Shown: positions 49,740 through 59,597, counted from the first letter of the stretch. The stretch: DNA of 64,000 nt from Bacillota bacterium (GCA_023511835.1 JAIMAT010000002.1:10491-74490), one strand, 5' to 3'. The notes: generated from the sequence alone by a model not told the origin. A program made the numbers and translations.

Positions 49740-50335
49740 CGGAGGGGCGGGACGGGGCCGGGGGCTTGCGCCTGGCCGGACGGCGCGTGCTCCTGGGCGT
49801 GACGGGCGGCATCGCCGCCTATAAGACGCCGCAGCTGGTTCGGCGCCTGCGCGAGCAGGGGGCGGAGGTGGAGGTGGTCCTGACGCGCGGCGCGGAGGCC
49901 TTCGTCACGCCGCTGGCGCTGGAGACGGTGGCGGGGCGGCCGGTGCGGCGGGCGCTCCTGGGCCCGGGCCGGGAGGCGGCGCTGGAGCATCTGCGCCTGG
50001 CGCGCTGGGCGGAGGCGGTGGTGGTGGCGCCGGCGACGGCGCACTTCCTGGCCAAGGCGGCGGCCGGCCTCGCCGACGACCTGCTGGGCAGCGTGCTGCT
50101 GGCGGCCTTCCCGGAGGTGCCCCTGCTGCTGGCGCCGGCCATGAACAGCCGCATGTGGAGCCATCCCATCACGCAGCGCAACGTGGCGTTCCTGCGGGAG
50201 CTGGGCGCCCGTCTGGTCGGCCCGGAGAGCGGCCGACTGGCGGAGGAGGAGAGCGGCATCGGCCGGATGAGCGAGCCCGAGCGGATCGTGGAGGCGCTGG
50301 CGGAACTCCTCGCCCCGCCCGGCGCGGACGGCTAG
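49736..50335 (+). CDS. coaC: stand-alone phosphopantothenoylcysteine decarboxylase (CoaC flavoprotein)
   Basis: 199 aa; FMN-binding GVTGGIAAYKTPQLVRRL and the CoaC-specific substrate clamp PAMNSRMWSHP; GTG overlaps the coaB stop. Confidence 0.8.
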   Translation: MTEGRDGAGGLRLAGRRVLLGVTGGIAAYKTPQLVRRLREQGAEVEVVLTRGAEAFVTPLALETVAGRPVRRALLGPGREAALEHLRLARWAEAVVVAPATAHFLAKAAAGLADDLLGSVLLAAFPEVPLLLAPAMNSRMWSHPITQRNVAFLRELGARLVGPESGRLAEEESGIGRMSEPERIVEALAELLAPPGADG

Positions 50336-50507
50336 CGCCCGCCGGGTGGGCCCCGCAATCCCCTTTCTGGTGGCGAAAGATCGCCCGAGGAGGCAATTCC
50401 TCGCCTCGCCGGCCAGGGCTAGGTTGGCCGTGGAAGCCGCCTCGGTCGCCGGCGGGGGGCCGGGCCCCGTGCCCGGACGGCGACCGGGGGCGAAGGAGGC
50501 GAGGTCG

Positions 50508-50738
50508 ATGGACCGCGTGCTCTTCGACGAGGCGCGCTGCAAGGGCTGCGGCCTCTGCGTCAGCGCCTGTCCGGAGGGCGCCCTGGCCCAGCGCGACGGC
50601 ACCAATCGCATGGGCTACCATCCCGCCTATCTGGCCGAGCCCGACCGCTGCATCAGCTGCGGGCTCTGCGCCGTCATCTGTCCCGACCTGGTGATCCGCG
50701 TCTACCGGCCCGCCGCCGCGGCGGTGCCGGCCCGCTGA
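50508..50738 (+). CDS. 2-oxoacid:ferredoxin oxidoreductase delta subunit (2x[4Fe-4S] ferredoxin)
   Basis: 76 aa with CKGCGLCVSACP and CISCGLCAVICP; ATG behind GAAGGAGG. Confidence 0.75.
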   Translation: MDRVLFDEARCKGCGLCVSACPEGALAQRDGTNRMGYHPAYLAEPDRCISCGLCAVICPDLVIRVYRPAAAAVPAR

Positions 50739-50793
50739 GGCGGCCCGGCCCCGGAGGGGCGGGTGCGCCGGCGCGCGCGAGGGAGGGAGCGCC

Positions 50794-51882
50794 GTGGGCG
50801 AACGCGAGTTGATGAAAGGCAACGAGGCGATGGCGGAGGCGGCCATCCGGGCCGGCTGCCGCTACTTCTTCGGCTACCCGATCACGCCCCAGAGCGAGCT
50901 GCTGGAGTACATGGCCAAGCACATGGCCGAGCACGGCGGGGTCTTCCTGCAGGCCGAGAGCGAGGTCTCGGCGATCAACATGGTCTACGGCGCTGCCGGG
51001 GCTGGCGCGCGGGTGATGACCGCCACCTCCAGCCCCGGCTTCTCGCTGATGCAGGAGGGCATCTCCTACATGGCGGGCGCCGAGCTGCCGGCGGTGCTGG
51101 TCAACGTGGTGCGCGGCGGCCCCGGGCTGGGCGGGCTTCAGCCGGCGCAGTCGGACTACTTCCAGGCGACCAAGGGCGGCGGCCACGGCGACTACCGGCT
51201 GGTGGTGCTGGCGCCCTCCAGCCCCCAGGAGGCGGCCGACCTGGTCTACGAGGCCTTCGACGTGGCCGACCGCTACCGGAACGTGGTGCTGATCCTGGCC
51301 GACAGCATCCTGGCCCAGGCCATGGAGCCGGTCGAGCTGCCGCCGCCGCGGGACCCGGCTGGCCTGCCGGCCAAGCCGTGGGCGACGGTGGGGCGCGGCC
51401 GGCGCCAGGAGACCAACGTGGTCAACTCGCTCTACCTGGCGGCCGAGGACCTCTGGGCGCTCAACCAGCGCCTGCAGGCCAAGTACCGCCGCATCGAGGC
51501 GGAGGAGACCCGCTGGGAGGAGGAGGGCGCCGAGGGCGCCGACTGGCTGGTGGTGGCCTACGGGAGCATGGCGCGCATCGCCCTGGCCGCCATCCGCCAG
51601 GTGCGCAGGGAGGACGGGCTGCGCGTCGGGCTCTTCCGGCCGATCAGCCTCTGGCCCTTCCCCGCGCGGCCCCTGGCCCGGCGGGCCGCGGCCAGCCGGG
51701 GGGTCCTGGTGCTGGAGATGAGCGCGGGGCAGATGGTGGAGGACGTCCGCCTGGCGGTGGAGGGCGCGGTACCGGTCCGCTTCTTCGGCAAGACGGGCGG
51801 GGTGGTGCCGGAGGTGGAGGAGGCGGTGGAGGCCATCCGCCGCATGGTGGCCGAGACCGCGCCGCACCCGGCGCACCGTTGA
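50794..51882 (+). CDS. 2-oxoacid:ferredoxin oxidoreductase alpha subunit
   Basis: GNEAMAEAAIRAGCRYFFGYPITPQSELLEYMA...VFLQAESEVSAINMVYGAAGAGARVMTATSSPGFSLM. Confidence 0.85.
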   Translation: MGERELMKGNEAMAEAAIRAGCRYFFGYPITPQSELLEYMAKHMAEHGGVFLQAESEVSAINMVYGAAGAGARVMTATSSPGFSLMQEGISYMAGAELPAVLVNVVRGGPGLGGLQPAQSDYFQATKGGGHGDYRLVVLAPSSPQEAADLVYEAFDVADRYRNVVLILADSILAQAMEPVELPPPRDPAGLPAKPWATVGRGRRQETNVVNSLYLAAEDLWALNQRLQAKYRRIEAEETRWEEEGAEGADWLVVAYGSMARIALAAIRQVRREDGLRVGLFRPISLWPFPARPLARRAAASRGVLVLEMSAGQMVEDVRLAVEGAVPVRFFGKTGGVVPEVEEAVEAIRRMVAETAPHPAHR

Positions 51883-51906
51883 CCGGCGGGGGAGGGAGGA
51901 ACGCAC

Positions 51907-52668
51907 ATGAGCGTCACGCTGCACCCCGTCTTCGAGCCGACGAGCGGCCTTCGCGCCGACCGTGTCACCCACTACTGCCCGGGCTGCACGCACGGCGTCG
52001 CCCACCGGCTGGTGGCCGAGGTGCTGGAGGAGCTGGGCGTGCTGGAGCGGACCGTGGGCGTCGCCTCGGTGGGCTGCTCGGTCCTGGCCTACGAGTACTT
52101 CCGCGTCGACATGCAGGAGGCCGCCCACGGGCGCGCGCCGGCGGTGGCGACGGGCATCAAGCGCGTCCTGCCCGACCGGGTGGTCTTCACCTACCAGGGG
52201 GACGGCGACCTGGCGGCCATCGGCATGGCGGAGATCATCCACGCCGCCGCGCGCGGCGAGAACATCACCGTCGTCTTCATCAACAACGCCAACTACGGCA
52301 TGACCAGCGGCCAGATGGCGCCGACCACGCTGGTCGGGCAGCGGACGACGACCACGCCGGCCGGCCGCGACCCGGTCCAGGCGGGCTATCCCATCCGCGT
52401 GGCCGAGCTCCTGAATGCGCTGGACGGCCCGGCCTACCTCGCCCGCGGCTCGCTCCACGACACCGCCCACATCCTCCAGGCGAAACGGTACATCCGCCGC
52501 GCCTTCCAGGCGCAGATCGAGGGCCGCGGCTTCTCGCTGGTGGAGCTCCTCTCCAGCTGCCCGACCAACTGGGGCCTGGAGCCGGTGGAGGCGCTGGCTT
52601 TCATCCGCGACCGGCTGGTGCCGCAGTACCCGCTGGGCGAGCTGCGGCGCCCCGAGGGGGTGCGCTGA
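51907..52668 (+). CDS. 2-oxoacid:ferredoxin oxidoreductase beta subunit (TPP-binding)
   Basis: YCPGCTHG, GDGD TPP motif (VFTYQGDGDLAAIGMAE). Confidence 0.85.
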   Translation: MSVTLHPVFEPTSGLRADRVTHYCPGCTHGVAHRLVAEVLEELGVLERTVGVASVGCSVLAYEYFRVDMQEAAHGRAPAVATGIKRVLPDRVVFTYQGDGDLAAIGMAEIIHAAARGENITVVFINNANYGMTSGQMAPTTLVGQRTTTTPAGRDPVQAGYPIRVAELLNALDGPAYLARGSLHDTAHILQAKRYIRRAFQAQIEGRGFSLVELLSSCPTNWGLEPVEALAFIRDRLVPQYPLGELRRPEGVR

Positions 52669-52669
52669 G

Positions 52670-53215
52670 GTGGAGCAGACGCTGATCGTGGCCGGCTTCG
52701 GCGGCCAGGGCGTGCTCAGCCTGGGCATGATCATCGCCCGCGCCGGCATGAGCGAGGGCTACGAGGTCTCCTGGCTGCCCTCGTACGGGCCGGAGCAGCG
52801 GGGTGGCACGGCCAACTGCCACGTCATCCTCTCCGACGAGCCCGTGGCCTGCCCGCTGATCAGCCGGCCGCGGACGCTCATCGCCTTCAACCTGCCCTCG
52901 CTGGCCAAGTTCGCGCAGCGCGTCCAGCCGGGTGGCGAGATCCTGCTGGAGAGCGGCCTGGAGGAGGCGGTGGGGCGTTCGGACGTCCGCCTCTACCCGA
53001 TTCCCGCGCTGCAGGAAGCCAACCGCCTGGGCGAGACGCGCGCGGCCAACATGGTCATGCTGGGCGCCTGGCTCGAGCTCCACCCGGTCCTGGGCCAGGC
53101 GGCGGTGGAGGACGCGCTGGGGCGCGTCATCTCCAAGCGCCATCACGACCTGCTGCCGCTCGACCTGGAGGCCATCCGGGCCGGGGGGCGACTCCTGGCC
53201 GCCGTCCGGGCCTGA
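52670..53215 (+). CDS. 2-oxoacid:ferredoxin oxidoreductase gamma subunit
   Basis: IVAGFGGQGVLSLGMIIARAG N-terminus typical of POR/KOR gamma; GTG right after the beta-subunit stop. Confidence 0.8.
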   Translation: MEQTLIVAGFGGQGVLSLGMIIARAGMSEGYEVSWLPSYGPEQRGGTANCHVILSDEPVACPLISRPRTLIAFNLPSLAKFAQRVQPGGEILLESGLEEAVGRSDVRLYPIPALQEANRLGETRAANMVMLGAWLELHPVLGQAAVEDALGRVISKRHHDLLPLDLEAIRAGGRLLAAVRA

Positions 53216-53326
53216 GAAACGGGAGCGCATGGCGCCGGGGCGGCACAGCCCCGGCGCTTCCGTCCTTTTCGGCCGCAAGCCGCCCGCCCGGCCCGGGAAG
53301 AATGGGGGCGGGGTGAGCGCGGAGAA

Positions 53327-53779
53327 ATGGGCCTGCAGGCCGATGCGGGCGGGCTCCGCCTGGAGCTGGCGGACGACCGGAGCGGCCGGCTCCTCTGGGA
53401 GGAGCGGGCGCTGGAGTGCCGGCTGGAGGGTGGCGAGGTGCAGGTGCGCCTGCCCTTCGAGGTGGACCGTCCCCTCCTGGCGCGGCTGCTGCGCGAGCGC
53501 GGCTACGTGGTGGAGCCGGAAGGCCGCGACGGCGACAGCCTCGCCTGGGGACTCCAGTTCGACGTGGAGGGCTACTACCCGTACCGGCTCTCGCCGGCAC
53601 GGGACGTGCCCGGTACCACCTGGCTCCGCTTCCCGCCGCCGGACTACCGTCAGGCGGGCCGCCTGCTGGCCAGCACGGAGCTGCCGGGCGAGGGCTACGA
53701 GCCGATCCTCGGGCCGGGCAGCGCGGCCGAGGTGGCGCGATGGCTGCCGGTGCTGGTGGAGGCGCGCCAGCCGTACTAG
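53327..53779 (+). CDS. hypothetical protein (150 aa)
   Basis: Clean ORF after the OFOR operon; composition not low-complexity; no family recognised. Confidence 0.4.
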   Translation: MGLQADAGGLRLELADDRSGRLLWEERALECRLEGGEVQVRLPFEVDRPLLARLLRERGYVVEPEGRDGDSLAWGLQFDVEGYYPYRLSPARDVPGTTWLRFPPPDYRQAGRLLASTELPGEGYEPILGPGSAAEVARWLPVLVEARQPY

Positions 53780-53945
53780 CGGGCGCCGGCGCTCCTCCCC
53801 TTTACTGCCTATAAGAAGCATTATGTCAACCAAGATCACGGGGAACCGGAGGGGCGCCCCGCTCCTGCCCCGGGCCGACGGGGCGCGACGCCCGGCGAAC
53901 GTCCGCGGTCGCGGCCGGGCCCTCCGTCCTCGCGGGTGGCGCGGG

Positions 53946-54479
53946 CTAGCGCCCCGAGGAGGCGGCGCGCCGGGCCAGGCGCGCCTCGTGGCGGGCGGCG
54001 CCGGCGGCGAAGCGCCGCCGGTCCTCGTCGCTCAGCAGCTCCAGCGGCGGAACCGGCGTCGGGCGGCGCGCGGCGTCCAGCGCCACGTAGGTCAGGAAGG
54101 CCGTGGTGGTCAGGAGCCGCCTGCCGGTCAGCAGGTCCTCGGCCCAGACCGTCACCTCCACCTCCATGGAGGTGCGGCCGACCCAGTTGAGACGGGCCTC
54201 CAGGACGACCGCCTGGCCGACGGGCAGCGGTTGGTGGAAGACCACCTCGTCCATGCTGACCGTCACCACCTGGCGGTGGGCGTGGCGCATGGCGCAGATG
54301 CCGCCCACCTCGTCCATCAGGTAGAGCAGGCGGCCGCCGTGCATCATGCCCAGGGCGTTGGCGTCGGACGGCTCCACCATCAGCACCAGCTGGGCGCGCG
54401 AGGCCTCCGGCGGGCGCGGGCGGTCCGGCTGCCAGGACGGCTCGTCCGTCGCGCCGGCGGCGGGTTCAGCGGGGGTCAT
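53946..54479 (-). CDS. acyl-CoA thioesterase (hotdog fold, YciA/BFIT family)
   Basis: LVLMVEPSDANALGMMHGGRLLYLMDEVGGICAMRHA...VTVSMDEVVFHQP. Confidence 0.75.
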   Translation of the reverse strand: MTPAEPAAGATDEPSWQPDRPRPPEASRAQLVLMVEPSDANALGMMHGGRLLYLMDEVGGICAMRHAHRQVVTVSMDEVVFHQPLPVGQAVVLEARLNWVGRTSMEVEVTVWAEDLLTGRRLLTTTAFLTYVALDAARRPTPVPPLELLSDEDRRRFAAGAARHEARLARRAASSGR

Positions 54480-55458
54480 GCAAGAGCCTCCTTCCTGTGT
54501 TTCCCAGAAGCTCCAGCCAGGGACGCCAGCCGTCGGGCGGCGCCAGCCGGAAACGGAGCGGGCGCCCGTCGACGGGATGGCGGAAGGCCAGCTGCCAGGC
54601 GTGGAGCGCGACGGCCCCGGCGGGCTCGTCGGGACCGGCTATCCGCGCTCCGTAGAGCGCGTCGCCCAGGACCGGGAAGCCCGACCAGGCCAGGTGGGCG
54701 CGGATCTGGTGGGTCCGCCCGGTCTCGGGCCGGACGAGGAGGAGCGCCCAGCGCTCCGTCGCGGCGAGCGGGCGCAGACGGGTGCGCGCGGGCCGGCCGC
54801 CTGCGGCGACGAGGCGGCGCGCCCGGCCGGGCTCCCGGGCGAGCGGCGCCTCCACGCGCCGGGGCAGCGCCCCTCTCCCCTCCGGCCGCTCCACCAGGGC
54901 CAGGTAGAAGCGGTGGAGCCCGCAGGCCGAAAGGCGGTCGTGGGCCAGCCGGCTCCGCGCGAAGAGGACGAGCCCGCTGGTCGGCCGGTCCAGGCGGTGG
55001 ACCGGGTGGACGCCCGCCTTCTCGCCCGTCCGCGCCAGGTGATGGGCGACCGCGTTGGCCAGCGTGCCTCCCGCCACCCCGTGCGTCGGGTGGACCACCT
55101 GTCCCGGCGGCTTGGCCACCAGCAGGAGGTGGGCGTCCTCCCAGACCACCCGGAGCGGGAGCGGCTCCGGCCGCACCCGGCTCTCCTCCTCGGGAGGAAG
55201 GAGCCGCAGGCGGTCGCCGGCGCGGAGCCGGTCGGGCCCCCGCAGGCGCTCCCACTCCCCCTCCCCGCCCTGGCGGAGGACCGAGCCGCCACGCTTGAAG
55301 GCGCGGAAGAGGCGGAGCGAGAGGCCGAGCCCGCTCCGCCAGAAGGTCTGGAGCGTGGCCCCCTCCCACTCCGCCGCCACGGTTACCGCCACCGCCCCGC
55401 CGGGGATGCTCTCCAGGGGATAGGGCGGGCAGCCTCTTCGACGGCTCAGCGCCACCAC
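54466..55458 (-). CDS. RluA-family pseudouridine synthase (RluD-like, N-terminal S4-like region)
   Basis: Catalytic HRLDRPTSGLVLFARS motif; 3' end overlaps the thioesterase start by 14 nt. Confidence 0.8.
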   Translation of the reverse strand: MVALSRRRGCPPYPLESIPGGAVAVTVAAEWEGATLQTFWRSGLGLSLRLFRAFKRGGSVLRQGGEGEWERLRGPDRLRAGDRLRLLPPEEESRVRPEPLPLRVVWEDAHLLLVAKPPGQVVHPTHGVAGGTLANAVAHHLARTGEKAGVHPVHRLDRPTSGLVLFARSRLAHDRLSACGLHRFYLALVERPEGRGALPRRVEAPLAREPGRARRLVAAGGRPARTRLRPLAATERWALLLVRPETGRTHQIRAHLAWSGFPVLGDALYGARIAGPDEPAGAVALHAWQLAFRHPVDGRPLRFRLAPPDGWRPWLELLGNTGRRLLHDPR

Positions 55459-55493
55459 ATCTCAGCGCCCATGGTAGACGGGGGTGGGAAGGC

Positions 55494-56756
55494 TTGCAAA
55501 CGGAGGCGGGGAACGAGAGCCGGCGGGCGTCGCTGGCGGTCCGCTCCGAGATCGGCCGCCTGGAGCGGGTGATGGTCCACCGGCCGGGCGAGGAGATCGA
55601 GAACCTGACGCCCGAGCGGCTCCACGCGCTCCTTTTCGAGGACATCCCCTACCTGCCCGGCATGCAGCGCGAGCACGACGCCTTCGTCCAGGTGCTGCGG
55701 CGGCACGGCGTCGAGGTGCTCTACCTGGAGGAGCAGCTGGAAGAGGTGCTGGCGGAGGAAGAGGTGCGCCGGAGCTTCATCGCCCGCTTCCTGGAGGAGA
55801 GCGGCTACCCGCCCGACGACCCCTGGCGCGACGAGGGGCGCCTCCTGGCCGACCACCTGGCCACGCTCGCCCCGGCGGAGCTGGTCTCCGCCGCCGTCGC
55901 CGGCCTCCGCCGGAGCCGCCTGCCGGCGCCCGCCCGGCGCCGCCTGGCCGATCTGGTGGAACCGCCCACCCCTTTCGTCCTCGAGCCGATGCCCAACCTG
56001 TACTTCATGCGCGACCCGGCGGCTGTGGTCGGCCACGGGGTGCTGGTCAACCGCATGGCCAGCGAGGCCCGGCGCCGGGAGAGCCTGCTGCTGGAGTACG
56101 TGGTCCGCCACCACCCGCTCTTCGCGCGCGGCGACCCGCCGCGCTGGTACGCGCGCGACCTTCCCTATCCCGTCGAGGGCGGCGACATCCTGGTCCTCTC
56201 GCCGGAGTGCGTCGCCGTCGGCATGGGCGAGCGGACCGGCGCGCGGGCCGTCGAGCGCGTCGCCGCCGACTTCTTCGAGGCCGGCGTCGCCTCCCGCGTG
56301 CTGGCGGTGGAGCTGCCCCGCCACCGTGCCTTCATGCACCTGGACACGGTCCTGACCATGGTGGCGCCGCGCCAGTTCGCCGTCCACCAGGTGGTGGTGG
56401 AGCGCGGCCTCCGCGTCTACACCCTTCTCCCCGGGAGGGACGGGCGGCCGGAGGTGGCGGGCGTCGAGGGGGTACGGCGGGCGCTGGAGTGGGTGGTGGG
56501 CGGCGAGGTGGACCTCATCCCCACCGGCGGCGACGACCCCGTCGCCTCGGCCCGCGAGCAGTGGAACGACGGCGCCAACACGCTGGCGCTGGAGCCGGGG
56601 CACATCGTGGCCTACGAGCGGAACGAGGTCTCCAACCGCGAGCTGGAGCGGCACGGCATCCGCGTGGAGACGATCCCGGGCGGGGAGCTCTCGCGCGGGC
56701 GCGGCGGCCCGCGCTGCATGACCATGCCGCTGCGCCGGGCGGAGCCGGAGGGGTAG
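55494..56756 (+). CDS. arcA: arginine deiminase
   Basis: ADI family throughout; C-terminal catalytic GGGPRCMTMPL; TTG start behind GGGGGTGGGAAGG. Confidence 0.9.
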   Translation: MQTEAGNESRRASLAVRSEIGRLERVMVHRPGEEIENLTPERLHALLFEDIPYLPGMQREHDAFVQVLRRHGVEVLYLEEQLEEVLAEEEVRRSFIARFLEESGYPPDDPWRDEGRLLADHLATLAPAELVSAAVAGLRRSRLPAPARRRLADLVEPPTPFVLEPMPNLYFMRDPAAVVGHGVLVNRMASEARRRESLLLEYVVRHHPLFARGDPPRWYARDLPYPVEGGDILVLSPECVAVGMGERTGARAVERVAADFFEAGVASRVLAVELPRHRAFMHLDTVLTMVAPRQFAVHQVVVERGLRVYTLLPGRDGRPEVAGVEGVRRALEWVVGGEVDLIPTGGDDPVASAREQWNDGANTLALEPGHIVAYERNEVSNRELERHGIRVETIPGGELSRGRGGPRCMTMPLRRAEPEG

Positions 56757-56828
56757 TCCGGAAGGAACCCGCGCGCGGCGGGGGCGACCGGTGCGCGCGG
56801 CTGCCGGCATCCCCCGCCCGCGACCGGC

Positions 56829-57557
56829 CTAGCGCCCCGTGCCCGGGGCAGCCGGGCCGGCCGTCGCCTGGCGGGCGGCGCCGGCGGCGGCGTTCACCCG
56901 GGCGAAGCCGCCGTAGAGGACGACGAAGCCCAGCGCCATCAGCGGCCAGAACCAGGCGGGCTGGCCGAGCCGCGCCAGCGAGCCCGCCGCGCCGAGAAGG
57001 ATGGTGCCCAGCGCGATCAGCGCGTTCCCCTGGGTGAAGGCGCCGGAGGCCTGCTTCCTCGAGAGCTGCCAGGCGGAGAGCAGCGCCAGCCCCGCCACCG
57101 CCACCAGGCCGAAGGTGTTGAGCAGGATGAGCAGGACGAGGGCCGCCGGATTCCGGTCCAGGGCCAGCACCTGCGTGCCCGGCCCGCCGTCCAGGCGGGC
57201 CACCGCGGCGGCGTCGCCCGGCGTCCGGAAGAGCGCGACCGCCCCCGCCAGCGAGAGGAGGAGGACCAGCCAGAAGATCGGGCGTGACCAGCGCCCGCCG
57301 CGGTCGTGGAGGAAGAGGCTGCCCAGCCCCAGGTAGGCGGCCATGAGCATGGCGCCGAAGAGGTAGTAGATACGGAACCAGGCCAGGCTGGCGGTCCGGA
57401 GTGCCAGCAGGTAGCCCACGGCGCCGAGGAAGCCCATCGCCAGCGAGACGGTCCAGAGCAGCTGGTGGGGACGCCGCCGCTCCAGATATTGGCGGAGCGT
57501 CCCGTAGCCGAAGAGGGCGCAGACCAGCGCCACGACCAGCGGATAGACGAGGAGCAC
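56829..57557 (-). CDS. hypothetical polytopic membrane protein (about 7 TM)
   Basis: Hydrophobic helices throughout; no family recognised. Confidence 0.5.
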   Translation of the reverse strand: MLLVYPLVVALVCALFGYGTLRQYLERRRPHQLLWTVSLAMGFLGAVGYLLALRTASLAWFRIYYLFGAMLMAAYLGLGSLFLHDRGGRWSRPIFWLVLLLSLAGAVALFRTPGDAAAVARLDGGPGTQVLALDRNPAALVLLILLNTFGLVAVAGLALLSAWQLSRKQASGAFTQGNALIALGTILLGAAGSLARLGQPAWFWPLMALGFVVLYGGFARVNAAAGAARQATAGPAAPGTGR

Positions 57558-57595
57558 GCTTCCCCGCCCCCTTCCTTCCAGGTTGGCAGCTACGG

Positions 57596-58048
57596 CTATC
57601 TTAGCGCGCCGGACCGCCCCGCCGGCGGGGCACCCGCCGTGCGGCCGCCGCCTCCCCCCTGCTTCGGCTCGACGATCAGGAGGGCGCGCATGGAGCGGCA
57701 GGGCGCGCCGCAGTCGACGTCGTTCCGGATCGTGTACGTGCCGGGCCGCTCCGGCGTGAAACGGACCTCGGAGCGACCGCCCGCCGGCACGCGGGCGCGG
57801 AGGCCGAGGCCGTCGACGACGAAGCCATAGGCTCGCCGGTCATAGGCGCGGATGTCGATGCGGACCGGGGTGCCGGCGCGGACGCGGATGGTGGCCGGGT
57901 CGTAGTAGTAGGGACGGGCCGTCACCACCGTCCGCTGCTCCACGGGCAGGCTGGAGCAGGCGCTCCCCAGCAGGAGGAGAGCGGCCAGAAGGGCCGGGCG
58001 CAGGGCGCGCCCGGCCCTCCCCGGGCTGGTCCGGGCGGGTCGCCGCAT
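57596..58048 (-). CDS. putative lipoprotein with a cupredoxin-like C-terminal segment carrying a C-x3-C-x2-M motif
   Basis: Signal peptide with lipobox-like LGSAC; GTYTIRNDVDCGAPCRSMRALLIV resembles the type-1 copper loop but with Cys in place of His. Confidence 0.45.
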   Translation of the reverse strand: MRRPARTSPGRAGRALRPALLAALLLLGSACSSLPVEQRTVVTARPYYYDPATIRVRAGTPVRIDIRAYDRRAYGFVVDGLGLRARVPAGGRSEVRFTPERPGTYTIRNDVDCGAPCRSMRALLIVEPKQGGGGGRTAGAPPAGRSGALR

Positions 58049-58118
58049 CCTTCCCCACCTCCGGCTCCAGCCCTTCCCCCGCTCCGCCCGGCTTATTCCG
58101 GCGCCGGCCGGCCCGGGC

Positions 58119-59597
58119 TCAGCGGTCGATCTGTGCCCGCTGCAGGCGGCCGCTGTAGTCGACGTAGACCGCCTTCCACTCCGTGTAGACCTCCAGGGCG
58201 GCGCGGCCCGCCTCGCGGTGGCCGTTGCCCGTGCCGCGCGTGCCGCCGAAGGGCAGCTGGATCTCGGCGCCGATGGTGCCGGCGTTGACGTAGACGATGC
58301 CCGTCACCAGGTCGCGCATGGCCTTGAAGGCCTTGTTGACGTCGCGCGTGTAGATGCTGGAGGAGAGGCCGTACTCGACGCCGTTGTTCACCTCGACGGC
58401 CTCCTCCAGCGAGTCGACGGGAATGATGGAGAGGACGGGGCCGAAGATCTCCTCCTGGGCGATGCGGAAGCGGGGCCCCACCTGGTCGAAGAGGGTCGGT
58501 TCGTAGAAGAAGCCCTTCGCCAGCTCGCCCGTGGTCACGGGATGGCCGCCGGCTACCAGCACGGCCCCTTCCTCCTGGCCGATCCGGACGTAGCGCTCCA
58601 CCTTCTCCAGCGCCCGGCGGTTGATGAGCGGGCCCACCTCCGTCTCCGGGTCGAGGCCGTCGCCCAGGCGGAGCCTGCGCGCGCCCTCCTTCAGCCGCTC
58701 GACTAGCGCGTCGTGGATGCCGCGCTGGACGATGACGCGCGAGCCGGCGGTGCAGCGCTGGCCCGTCGTCCCGTAGGCGCTCCAGAGGATGCCTTGCACG
58801 GCCAGGTCCAGGTCGGCGTCGTCCAGGACCGTGATGGCGTTCTTCCCGCCCAGCTCCAGGTGGTAGCGCTTCATCTGCTCGGCGGCGATCCGCGCCACCT
58901 GGCGCCCCACCGCGTTGGAGCCGGTGAAGGAGATCAGGTCGACGCCGGGGTGGCGCAGGAGCGCGTCGCCCACGGCCTCGCCGGAGCCGAAGACCACGTT
59001 GAGGACGCCCGGCGGCAGGCCGGCCTCCTCCAGGATGCGGGCCAGGAGGTAGCCGAGGAGCGGCGCGTCGCTGGCGGGCTTGAAGACGGCCGTGTTGCCG
59101 GCCACCAGCGCGGGCATCAGCTTCCAGGTGGCGATGGAGAAGGGGAAGTTCCAGGGGGTGATGGCGGCCACCACGCCGATGGGGTCGCGCTGGGCCATGG
59201 CGAACTTGTCCGGGCTCTCCGAGGGCACCACCTCGCCGGTCAGGCGGCGTCCCTCACCCGCCATGTAGAAGGTCATGTCGATGCCTTCCTGCACTTCGCC
59301 GCGCGACTCGGTCAGCACCTTGCCCATGTCGCGCGTCATGGCGCGTGCCAGCTCCTCCTTCCGCTCCACCATCAGCTGGGCGGCGCGGAAGAGGATCTCG
59401 GCGCGCCGCGGCGCCGGGTAGAGGCGCCAGGAGCGGTAGGCCTCCCGGGCCGCCTGGACGGCCCGGTCCACGTCCTCCGGGCCCGAGGCGGGGACTTCGG
59501 CCACCACCTCGCCGGTGGCGGGGTTGATGCTGGCGAAGGTCTCGCCGCCCGAGGCGTCGACCCACTGGCCGCCGATCAGGTTGCGCAAGCGCTCCAA
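58119..59597 (-). CDS. NAD(P)-dependent aldehyde dehydrogenase
   Basis: ALDH motifs (catalytic Cys region GQRCTAGSR, ELGGKN glutamate motif); 492 aa. Confidence 0.9.
   Translation of the reverse strand: MERLRNLIGGQWVDASGGETFASINPATGEVVAEVPASGPEDVDRAVQAAREAYRSWRLYPAPRRAEILFRAAQLMVERKEELARAMTRDMGKVLTESRGEVQEGIDMTFYMAGEGRRLTGEVVPSESPDKFAMAQRDPIGVVAAITPWNFPFSIATWKLMPALVAGNTAVFKPASDAPLLGYLLARILEEAGLPPGVLNVVFGSGEAVGDALLRHPGVDLISFTGSNAVGRQVARIAAEQMKRYHLELGGKNAITVLDDADLDLAVQGILWSAYGTTGQRCTAGSRVIVQRGIHDALVERLKEGARRLRLGDGLDPETEVGPLINRRALEKVERYVRIGQEEGAVLVAGGHPVTTGELAKGFFYEPTLFDQVGPRFRIAQEEIFGPVLSIIPVDSLEEAVEVNNGVEYGLSSSIYTRDVNKAFKAMRDLVTGIVYVNAGTIGAEIQLPFGGTRGTGNGHREAGRAALEVYTEWKAVYVDYSGRLQRAQIDR

Noticed and set aside
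50336-50507. Imperfect inverted repeat GAGGAGG-caatt-CCTCGCC downstream of coaC, considered as a terminator
   Set aside because: Only 5 of 7 positions pair and there is no U tract; not convincing.
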